Part shown: piece by piece, positions 40,010 through 51,336 of the stretch
How positions within the stretch are numbered: position 1 is the stretch's first letter
Layout: every line of letters begins with the position of its first letter
Assembly: GCA_050084985.1 (NCBI GenBank)
Contig: JBITNC010000001.1
Span: forward strand, 27,032,001 to 27,096,000
Length of the DNA stretch: 64,000 nt
DNA from: Nageia nagi
Lineage: Eukaryota; Plantae; Pinophyta
Reading direction: 5' to 3'
Notes under the pieces: generated by a model
Told to the model about the DNA's origin: nothing
Seen by the model: only the letters and a program-made list of their open reading frames with translations
The model's database searches: none
Program-made: the position numbers and the translations under genes

Positions 40010-40687
40010 TGCGTGTGTCGTTTGGTACTATTTTGACCTGCTTTCAAATTGCAAATTCGTTTGTATTTGTCTCAACATGGAACAAACCTGACCCATTGCT
40101 TAGAAAGTGGACTTCTACTTTTATAAGCCAAATAAGGAGCAAACCATGACAAATCTGTACTTTTAATCATATCAAGAGCAGGAAACATAATGTCAACTTC
40201 TCCAAATGAAGCCATCCCAAATTTGTCTCAAGAAAGTGCACCCTTTTGGCAACTTATTACTGGAAGCAAAATAGCTCACTGCACTTGTTTCCCTATGATA
40301 GGGTTTAGTAAATGGATTTCTTCTTTTATGTTAAAAATTAATATATTTTGTAATTGACTATTCACCAATTGGATGACTAATTTTTCTATTAAAAAATTAT
40401 AACATCAATAATTGCATGGTTTTAAGAGTCTCAATTTTCTTTACCATTAAGAACTGTGAAGTCTAATGCTTTTTATGTTTTGCCATTGTGCTTGGTTGTT
40501 TTCCACTTTTTAAAGAAAGCAATTGTCGTGCTAGTCATGATGGAAAGAGTGGAATATGTGTTGTGTTATGGCACATGCATATAAATATAGAAAAAAAGGG
40601 ATTGTATTTATAAATTAAATTTTGTGTGATATTTTTTTTACTATATTTTATGTATAGTAAAATTCATAAATGTGAAAATGTAATAAA

Positions 40688-40921
40688 TGTATAACGACAT
40701 TAATTATACAAAGAAATTTAAAATAATATAAATTATTCAAATACATTTATAGTATAATAAATTAATGAATTTTATTTTTCTAAATGATTTATGCGTAAAT
40801 TTATTGTATAACGAGATTAATTATACAAAGAAATTTAAAATAATATAAATTATTCAAATAAATTTATAGTATAATAAATTAATGAATTTTATTTTTTCTA
40901 AATGATTTATGCGTGAATTCA
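40688..40921. repeat. 117-bp tandem duplication, near identical
   Basis: Copies start TGTATAACGA at 40688 and 40805, with only a few differences. Confidence 0.92.
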
Positions 40922-42799
40922 TTTAGAATTTTAGAATACTATTTTTAAAACTATTAAATATAGTCTTTGATGTGAAACCATTAAATGAAGATTATATATC
41001 AAGCTTTTACACTTTCATATTATTGAAACGAAAGTAGACACATACTTGGGTGTAATATTTACAGTACTTTTATCATTTAGAATACAAAGAAATAACTTTT
41101 CAAGATTGACCACCTGATTCCCCTTTGCTTACTATTTTAAAATTAAATTTTTTTTATTTTTATTTTTAATTGAGCTTTATTCTCAAGATACTCCCCCTTG
41201 AGGTTGAATGTCAATGTGTTCACTAATTGATTTTCATTACTATAGAACATTAAGTTACTTGCTTCTCACAATCATCTTCTTGATATAGCAATATCTTATC
41301 TCAACATGTTTAAGTGTAATTATGGATTCTTTATCAATTTCAATGTATTTATACTATAACTATGTATGATGGTTGTCCCTTCTTTCTTCTCTTGCAACTC
41401 TTAAAGGATTCTCCTCAATTGCCATGCTTAAGTTGTTGCTAATATTATCATTATATAGTTCACCTCTATTGTTGATAATGTTATAGCTAATTATTTCTTT
41501 GGAGTCCAATTTATGAGTACACTAAAAGAAAAATTATTTTCCATTATCAATCTCTAATCATCTAATGGATTAACATAATTTAAATAATAAGAATTAACAA
41601 GGCTAACAACCTCTGTTGAAGAATAATAGATGGCATAAATCCTTGTAACTTAAACATACATTGATATCATTTTCATGTGAATTTAAGAAGAAGGATCACT
41701 CATGAACCAAGCTAATGAGATACTGTAGACATTTAAAATTGATTAATTATTTATTAATAAATTATATTTTAAGTATCTAAGCTACATATTATTTAAATCA
41801 TGCAAATATATATAATATCAAGACTAATGTGCTAATTAAATGCTAAACATGTGCTAATCAAGGATAATATCTCTTAATCATATTTATATCTAAAATTATC
41901 TTGAAAATATCATTAATATTGCATGTTTTTTTATAATTCTATTGAAATGATTATTATTATTCCAAAGTTAGCTCTCACTCTCTCTTTTATCCTTATAAGT
42001 ATAAAAGGAGGTGCACAACATAATAACTCCTATCGGATATCTTTGATAGGTGGTTCATACTTCGGCTACTACACTTACAGTGTCTCTAGATGGCACCTAT
42101 CTGAGAATTTGTTATGCTCTGAGCTTTACATTACTTTTTATCTTTCTTATTTGATTTCATACTACGAATCTTAGGGCATTAAAAGAGTGAGAAGATTGTT
42201 GACATGATAGCCATGCCATGCTTCATTGCAATCCAAAGCTACATATTTGGAGGGCATTGAGGATTGATTTGGGTCATTCGAATATCCTCACGATAGGCGA
42301 GTGCAAGTTGGGTCCACTTAAGGTGGCACTTAAGGTGGACACTTCTTACTTGAAAAAAAATGGGCTAAAATGAAATTTTAGTTTTTAAAGATCGAAATTT
42401 CATTTTGGTTTCACATCTCGAACTAAAAATGAAATGAAATTTTGATCTTTAAAAACTAAACTTTTATTTTAGTTCAGAGTCTCAAACCAAAAATGAAATT
42501 TTGGTTTTTAAATATTGAAATTTCATTTCATAAAACTATAACCCTAACCAAAAAGCCCCATAGGCCCTCATTCTCTCCTCTCCAAAATAAGATTTCAAGT
42601 CTACGACGATGTGAGACTGTGCTATAGAATGAGATTTCATTTTTTAGTGCCCTAAATTCATTTTACAATGTCCTGCATCCTCCCTACAACCCTTTCCAGC
42701 TATCAAGGTACCTTGTTTCTTCCATGTCCATTTTTTTTGTAATAAAATAAAGAATTTGGTAAACTTTAGGGTTTGGGTTTATTTTTTATTATTTTTTCA

Positions 42800-45700
42800 A
42801 TATTACATGTTAGATGGATCACCTATAGCATCTTGGAATTGGATAATTTATAGGTATTGTAATGTAGATGTTGTAGAAGATGATTCTTGAGCTTTCTCTT
42901 TTTTTGCCTACTTTACAAAAAGTTTTATTTGTTTATGCCCAAGTCTATGTCCATATCAACTAAAGCTATCCCCTACCTACTCATATGAATTTTTAAATTG
43001 ATTATTTGCAATGTACACTATAATTAGACTATGAAAATCTTCCCTTTAAATGCTACCTTTACCTAGAGTATAATCAAATTACTCATTAGATTGCAAACCA
43101 AGAATCTCTTCCTTGCATTTTGGGTGATGAATTAAATGTTATAAGACATGTAGGAGAAATTGAATGAGGGATAAATAATATTAAACTATGTATAAATATA
43201 TAATTTAATGAATTCATAAACCATCTACATATAACATAAACCTTTTGTAAAAATGGGACCTTCACTTGGTCAAATAAAAAATATTTGATCAAATAATCTA
43301 AGAGAAAATTGAATGCTTTCTATTATCTACACACTAGATGGAAAATATGATTATCCTTTAGTTATAAGTTCTTCCATTTTGTGGGTCAAATAATTGGTTA
43401 GTGATTTTTTACTAGGAATAGCCTTCAAAACCTCAAACTTCTCCCTTTAGGTTCCAAAAACTATATTTATATCATTTTTGATAAATTGATCTTCACTAAA
43501 TAAAGGAAGTAATGATACCATAATGACCCCATGGAGAAGATCAAGATCCTAAAAAGAATGCAAAAACTATAATGTGTTATGCCATATATGAATATAAAGG
43601 GTGTTAAAAATGTAGTTGTTCAATAAATCCATTAATTTAAGGAATAAATGATGAAAAGAATAAGACGCATGTGAATATGGTAGAACTCATGGCCAATGAA
43701 GAAGATGTTTATGTCCTTGCAACTAAGTATGCCAAGGAGGAAGATCAAGAAATTAAAAAGATAAAAGAGGATAACAGAAGAAGAAGAAGAGGAGGAATAA
43801 GCACCAAATACTTTTCAGTCTCAAATGTGTAAGCATCCTACTTAATATTATAAGACTTATCTAAAAATCTTTCCAATATCATATATGGGTAATTATTGGT
43901 GTATATTCTAAAACAAGGAGCGTAGTACACAAAGGAAGAAGGGTGATTTCCCTTTATTAAAAGAAAAAAATGATCCATAGACTCATATCTCCTTTCCTAA
44001 TGTATTAGTAGATGTGGATGTAGTTATGAATATCATAACCATTTCCATCATGAATATGTTATGAATTAAGATTGACTGTGAGTCAAAACTATAGTTAAGG
44101 TCCTTAAAGAAAGGTAGAATAAAATATTGAGGATTTATTTTTTATGTATCCATTTTAATTGTTGGAGTTTCTTGGTTTGTACATTTATAAGTAATGAAGA
44201 ATCACTTATTAGCCTATCCCTTTAAGAAGGCCATGGTTAATGAGAGTCTATGCTTGCAACTAATAAAATTAAGGTTGTATGAATTCTTTATTGGATTGGT
44301 TAAAACATTTTGATTCCCCCAACCTCGATGGTATTCCCTGTTAGAATTTGTAATGTAATATTGTATAATATTTCTCTTTAATGTAAATTCACTTAATGCT
44401 TAAAGTATCTTTAGATACCCTCAAGCATTAAGGGAATAAAAATATAAAGAGGAATAAATTTAGAAAGAGAATTAAATATAGAAACACCTTTAACCTTATC
44501 CTTGGGTTAAAGGGAGGTTAAAGGGTCAGTTTCTTTTTATAAATAGAGAGGTACCTATCCTCTCATAGTAATGAAACTATTGTAAAGCTAGATTTAAGGT
44601 TTGGAGAGAGAGGAGAGATTATGTAAGAGAGGTCCTTGAGAATAAGAAGATCTTAGATAGTGAATGTACTCCAAACATAAGGCAACTTTTGAAATGATAA
44701 ACCTTGGTCTATTGCATTACTACCTTAGTATGCAAGTGTACCAATATTAGGATTGTACTTATCTTAATCAATCCAAGTATATCTCAAATATCTTACAAAA
44801 TTTTAGAGTGTAGGAGTGCAAGCATGCTGCAATTCTAGTCTCTCCTAGAATCATTATCTCTCTTAGTTCTAACTCTTAGTTGGTAGATGCTATAGCTTAT
44901 AGGTAACTTATTGGTAATATTCTTTATTTGACCATCTCCATGCCATATATTTCCTTCATTGTGAATTTGTTGGCTTGCTATATGCAAAAGCTATATGTTG
45001 AGCACCTCAATGTAGTTAAGCAAATTTTTAGATATGTTGCAAACACTAAGGATCTTTCTCTCAAGTATGCTAAGTTTTCTTCATTTGTTCTCCAATGATT
45101 CTTAGATTATGACTATGGAGGAGATTGAGATGACATAAAATCAACCTTTGCTTATTTGTTTAGCATTGGTTTAGGTGTTATCTCTTAGGCTTCTAAGACG
45201 AAGCCTACTATTGCTCTCTTTACCATAAAGGTTGAATATCATGCAATGTCACTTGTAGCACATGAAGCCATCTGGTTGAGGCATCTTCTAAAAGAAGTTA
45301 GGTATGAGCAGGTTCATCTATCTCAAGTTTCTTCAAATAATCAATCAATTATTGCTTTTGCAAAGAATCTTATTTTCCATTAGAGAATAAAGCATGTAGA
45401 AATCCAAGCCCACTTCATTAGAGAAAAGGTTCTGGATGATCTTCTACACTTATAGTATTGTCCATCGATCCTAAACTTTGTTGATTTATTCACCAAGCCC
45501 CTTCCTAAATCCCAGTTCTATAATCTTAGGGATTCTATTAGGTTGGTGAAGTTTCCTTTAAAAAGGGAGTAAATGTTGAATCCATTGTATCTACTTCCTT
45601 CTTAATAAAGTTACTAAACTTTTTATGGTTTGTATATTTTGTTTATACATTCCTTTATTTGGTGCTTATAAGTATGGGCTTGGCATATTTGTGATGAATT

Positions 45701-48700
45701 ATAGTTTACCACAAATCCAAGCATATTATATCAAGGAGAAATTCCTTGATGAAACAATTGTAGCTCTATTCATTTGACTTTACCTCTCTTGATTTATTCA
45801 CTAGATCGCTTTAGAAATTTTGTTATGTGCACTTTGAAAGTTTCTTGTGGTTTGTGAAGTTATCCTCAAGGTGGAGTGAAGTTTGAATTCTTTGAATTCA
45901 TGTTTGTGATGATAAATTCATCCTTAGGAGGATATTTTGTTATATAGTGTTGATCTAAATGTACACCTTCATGGTTAGTTCACTCAATGTGAGGAACTCA
46001 TGGTACATTTTTTTGTTTTTGTTATCACTATGTAAGGAATTAGTATATGTTTGTTGGCATTATTTGGTTATCCAGATGTGAATAATTGATATATGAATAT
46101 GCTACTTTTAATTAATTGATCAACATATATTTCTAATATATAGCAAATGACTATAAGTATTAGCTTGGCATCTTTGTGATGACGTATAGTGCATCATCTA
46201 ACTGATCTTATTTATGAGCATCTTGTAGCTTATAGGTTTTATCTTGAGAATTCAGGTTACTTACTTTGACTCATGGAGGTTCACATGTCAACTCAATGTT
46301 TATTGACTACACCTTACAGTGAAATTAGTTATGGTTAATGATTGTATTGTAAACCATTTTCTCAAAATGGTATTATAGTGAGTCTTAAAATAAGATCTTG
46401 CTAATTTTTCAATGATGTGAAAGTCCTCATCTTTGCTTGTATCTCTTTGGAGGAGAACTCTCTCTCTTCTTTCTCTACGCTCTATCCCAATATTACATAA
46501 TTGAGAGTGTTAGAATTTGTAATGTAATATTGTATAATATTTCTCTTTAATGCAAATTCACTTAATGCTTAAAGTATCTTTAGACACCTTAAAGCATTAA
46601 GGGAACAAAAATAGAAAGAGGAATAAATTTAGAAAGAGGATTAAATATAGAAACACCTTTAACCTTACCCTTGGGTTAAAGGGTGGGTTTCTTCTTATAA
46701 ATAAAGAGGTACCCCTCCTCTCATAGTAATGAAATAATTGTAAAGCTAGATTTAGTGTTTGGAGAGAGAGAATAGATTATGTAAGAGAGGTACTTTAGAA
46801 TAAGATCTTAGTTAGTGGATGTACTCCCAAAAAATGAAGAACCACTTTATATCTTATTTTCATTGTGATATTGGCTTATGTTATTGAGTTATTATGTTGA
46901 TGTTGTAAGTGCCTTCTTGAGATCTTGGTAAACTAGAGATTAATTTGGAAAGGGTTAATTTCATCATTCCCCTAGTCTTATTTTTAATATTATTATTAAT
47001 TTCATCCTTTTCTAGTCTTGTAAATGAAGAAGCTAAGGGTTTCTTCCAAAGCTCTTGAGATTTCCCCTTACCTTTTCATTATCCTCACTAAATCCCTAAT
47101 CAGAGAATTAACCAAGTCTAAACACAAAATAAAATTTAAGTGTATTTTGGTTAATAGGAGTTTCCCAACTATCACTTATTCCTAGTTTACTAATGAAATG
47201 GGATTTTAGCAATTACCCTTTCTCTTCAAGATATTAATCATTGCAAGAGTATTCTTCATATATATGAACAAGCATCAGGGTATGAAATCAATAGAATGAA
47301 ATCCATAGTTTTGAACTTAATATACATATGTTGATGCATATAATATTTTGATTCAAATATCTCTCTTGATCAAAGATACTACAAATACCCCAACTTCCTA
47401 TAGTTATATGTGGAACAAACTCCTTTAGATCCCAAAGGAAAGAGAGGCATTTTGATGCCATGGGATTTTAGATACACCACTTTTTCCATAGGACTTATTT
47501 TTCTTTCCTTCAAGTCTCTATTTCCTTTACTAATATTTTAGTCTCCTAAAGGAAGATAAGTTAAAAAATTTATTGGCCTAAATCATAGTTTAGGGAGAAA
47601 CAATCAATATTCTTGAAACTATAAATATTCATTTGGAAAAACTTTTATAGGTCCTAGGATTCTATGTTTTCCCTTGCATCACCATGCTTAATTTTGAGAT
47701 AATGTTTCCATCTTAAATTATATTTACTTACCTACATTGTTTCTTAATGAATTTATATACACATACCCTTAGTTTATATTTGGTAAATAGTTTATCATTT
47801 TCTTAAAATATTAGCTTGATTTAAGATAATTTTTTATAATTATTTTATTACCAAATATAAGTTAAATTATTATTTAGTTATTGTAATTTATGTAAATTTA
47901 TTCTTATAATTGTTAATGTGTGTAGGTGACCTTTTGTTTTCATGGATCTGCCACCTCCATCTCCTCCACATCATGAAAACCCCCAACCTCCACCCCATAG
48001 TCCACCTCATGTAAACCCCCACCTCCAGCCCCTCAATCAAATGAGGCTCACCTTAAAGCAACTATTAATGAAAATATCAATCTCTTACATGATAAAATAA
48101 GTGAATTCTATACTCCTAGTAGGGATCTCTCCCCCCCCCCCCCCCACATGTAATAGTTTGTATCTATGATGTAGACCATAGTTGATACAATTAGGTCCTT
48201 GGATTAGGGTATTGATCATTACCATACATCAAGAGAGGAGACAAGATGGTTTTATGTACATGGTCCTCTTATAAGGAGATTAATGACCTAAAAAATATAA
48301 AATAAATAATATTTGTGTATTTCATTGATTCTAAAATTGGGCAACCAATCATACCTAGCAAACAATTAATTAGTATTAGGTGGTATACCCATCTAGAGAT
48401 AGCCCATCATTTTTGGGATCGATGATGTATGGTATTCAATTAGGATCCACATGGAAAAGGGTACGATATCCTATTGTATTTTTTTTTTAAATGCATGCAG
48501 ATTTTGTATTGCATAGAAAACCCAATTACTTTGATATAATACCATCTCAAGGTATTGGTCTTGGTTGTCCACAAGATAGGCCAGGGGCATGGGTCAATCC
48601 AAATTGACCTACATGTGTTCCACCTATAGTCCCTTCTACTGGTTCTATTGTTCCTACTATTGTTCTTAATTTTATAGTATTTTTAGTGTTAAAGATGTTG

Positions 48701-49790
48701 AGTAAGCTATTAGACACTCTCATTAAACAAGCTACCAATGTGGTAGCTGAGTTCAATGAGCAACATCGTGGAGGATATGATGGATTAGGATATAGTAGCT
48801 CATATATGATGATGCCTCATATGTGCCAACATTGCCACTAGATATATTTTGGGCCCACTCTAGGTGTAGCTATAATAAATTGTGATAAGATTGCTATGCA
48901 GATTCTACTTGTTGGTAATCCTCCTAATACACAAGTAATTAAGTGTGTTTAATATACACATATTTTATATTTAATAAGAATTTTATACAATTAATTTTAA
49001 TTTTTAATATATTTATATTTTTTGGCACAAAGGATGGGCTCTACATCATCAGGTGGATATGATTGAGATTATATTATATCCACTCAAAGACAACATCAGA
49101 CACCTTACAAGATTATCAAATTTACCAAGTTTAAATTGTAGTATTGTATTTTACTTTTGTATGTGTGCACATGTTCATAATATTTTTGTTATTACAAGGA
49201 GTTCATGGGACATTCATGTTCGACCACTCAAAGGGTATGTTGAGTACTCCTTCGATGTCTACTATTTAGGATCTATCACCCATTATATGTATTTTTACAA
49301 ATTAAGTAATAAAATTATACTTTTATTTTTCACTATATATATTTGCAAGTTGATACCATCATTATGATGGGTCTCAATCCCTAGGTTACTCATGAGAAAC
49401 AATTTCACCCTCAGTCATCTTCAGTATTTTAGGTAATTTTTTAAATTAATTTATTTGATTCTTTATTTGATCTACATAAATAATTTCAATTTATGTTTGT
49501 GCTTTATTTGATCTTAAGGATATAGTTTATCAGACCTTTGATGCTGATATAATAGGTACACCATAGGTATATTAGGATTCAATGGAGATGAACATCATGA
49601 TGTGGTAATATATCCTTTTTTGTAGTGTGTACATATAGATTAAATAATTTAAATTAATGATTAAATCAAATTTAAATTTGATTTTACATTTCTTTATCTT
49701 GAACAACATGAGTCTACAGTTTCACCTTCATCACGTGGACCTAAAAGGAAGATTGATTAGGATATAGGTGGATCTAGTTAGATAGGTTGA
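42800..49790 (+). pseudogene. Putative multi-exon accessory gene(s) of the DNA transposon, convergent with the transposase; function unknown
   Basis: Exon-like blocks separated by very AT-rich GT..AG introns. The main exon 47926-~48934 has a Pro-rich start, then RWYTHLEIAHHFWDR*CMVFN*DPHGKGYDILLYF..MHADFVLHRKPNYFD. Several mini-exons lie at 49030-49790. An upstream coding-like block at 42815-43800 has an E/K/R-rich end. Confidence 0.45.
44339..46966 (+). mobile_element. Internally deleted Ty1/Copia element nested in the DNA transposon
   Basis: LTR copies start TGTTAGAATTTGTAATG at 44339 and 46508; the 3' LTR ends TCATCA at 46966. TSD TTCCC (44334-44338 / 46967-46971). The 5' LTR is truncated at ~44675 and fused to RT-end/RNase H (IKHVEIQAHFIREKV, DLFTKPL) at 44680-45570. 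Confidence 0.9.
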
Positions 49791-49877
49791 ATAAGATATT
49801 GCATTTTTGATGACTTAAATATTTTTGTACATGGAATTTGTATTTTTTGATATATATGTATGCATGTAATATCTTGT

Positions 49878-49956
49878 ACTATGGACATTCTTATGGACTA
49901 TGTTATTATGGACATTATTTTGGACTATGGACATTCTTATGGACTAAGTTATTATG
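49878..49956. repeat. Short nested tandem repeat (TATGGAC-based)
   Basis: ACTATGGACATTCTTATGGACTA occurs twice, with additional TATGGAC units. Confidence 0.8.
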
Positions 49957-50550
49957 TATTTTTTGACATATGCATGTTGATGATATTTTTTGGTGGATGT
50001 CGATAAGTTAGACATGTTTTTATGATGTTGTTATGTTGTTATATTGTTATGTTATGAATTAGATGTTGTATCATATTTTTGGAGGTCACAAAATGTATGT
50101 TGTACAAAATTTGTAATTATTATTGGAAACTTTTATCTCTTTTAGTTTTAAATGGTTTTGTTAATTGAATTTTATGTCAATGACATTATGGGACAATTGC
50201 AAATAAGTCATCTAGCTTTAGACGATGATAATTACTTACAAATTGCATCTAAGATTCACTTGTTCTAAAATATATTGATAACACTTAACACTTACTTAAG
50301 TAATGAAATTAAACACATCTTACAATTAATAACAAATATGTAAATATGTATCTAGATAATTCTTATAAAAATCTCCATTAAACTATATTCAAATAAAGCA
50401 ATCCATAATTTATTCTTATTAACTTTTATAAAAGATATTACAAATATGGCTACTAGAGTTTTGTGTTGTCTTACAACAAATGTTAAATTACTTAAGCTAC
50501 TAATATAGAGTTTCATTATAAAATATGTTAATATTACAAAAATTGGCCTC

Positions 50551-50762
50551 TTTTTTCAATGTTGGGTGATCATATTCTCTTTTATACCATCCTTGACATC
50601 TCCCCTAATGTTTCATGGGGTTAATTAAGATAACTTCAAGTTGCTAATACATACTTTCATTAAAATTATATTAATCTTGCAAACTTATGCCTAACTTTTT
50701 CAATTTTAGGTGATCATATTCTCTTTTGCTACCATTCACAATATCTCCCTATTATTACATGT
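50551..50762. repeat. Diverged ~65-bp direct repeat in the transposon interior
   Basis: TTTTTCAAT..GGTGATCATATTCTCTTTT..TACCAT..ATCTCCC occurs twice, ~144 bp apart. Confidence 0.7.
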
Positions 50763-51014
50763 ATATGATTGCTTTAATCAAAGAACCAAAAGGATTATGA
50801 TGAATTCTATATTTAAGATTACTCAATGATTTTAAAATTTTGGTATTTTTATATTTTAGGATTGAACTTCATGTACATTCAATGATACAAAAAGGTTGAT
50901 CAGTCTTGACTATAATCATTTAATTTATAATGTATTAGGTAAGATATAACATTATCAACATATATATGGAAGATAAATGTAAAGTCCATGTTGAAAAATA
51001 TAATATGAAAGGTA

Positions 51015-51087
51015 TGTTGTCTATGGGAATCAAACCCATAACCATGTGGTTAAAATCCATACACTCTACCAACTGAGTTAAGAAAAT
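51015..51087 (-). pseudogene. tRNA-Lys(UUU) pseudogene, full length (73 nt), CpG-decayed
   Basis: The minus strand reads ATTTTCTTAACTCAGTTGGTAGAGTGTATGGATTTTAACCACATGGTTATGGGTTTGATTCCCATAGACAACA. This is colinear without gaps with plant cytosolic tRNA-Lys(UUU) as recalled (GCCGTCTTAGCTCAG.TGGTAGAGCG..TGGCTTTTAACCA..TGGTCGTGGGTTCGATTCCCACAGACGGCG). Most differences are C>T/G>A; the acceptor stem is damaged. Confidence 0.88.
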
Positions 51088-51260
51088 TAAGGGTTAGGGG
51101 TTAGGTATTAAGGGAGGGAGAGGGGAGAAGGGGAGTGGAAGCATATTAGGGACTAGGGGTTAGGTATTAAAAATTAGGGGTTAAGTGTTAGGGATTAGGG
51201 TAGGGGGATAATGGGAGGGGAAGGGGATTGGTGATTATCAATTAGGGGTTAGGGATTATC
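51088..51260 (+). repeat. Degenerate telomere-like (TTAGGG/TTAGGGG) G-rich tract
   Basis: Repeated TTAGGG(G), GGGTTAGG and GGGA runs in an otherwise very AT-rich context. Confidence 0.8.
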
Positions 51261-51336
51261 CATTTTCAAACTAAGATACAAATTTCACATAACTAAATGA
51301 ATAAGAATATTAATTTATAAACTTACCTATATTTTT

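Noticed and set aside
51015-51087. Functional tRNA gene
   Set aside because: The acceptor stem cannot pair properly, the T-loop reads TTTGA instead of TTCGA, and the anticodon arm is mutated. Called a pseudogene instead.
51088-51260. Interstitial telomere or chromosome fusion scar
   Set aside because: The repeats are irregular, are not TTTAGGG arrays, and sit inside a TIR-bounded element.
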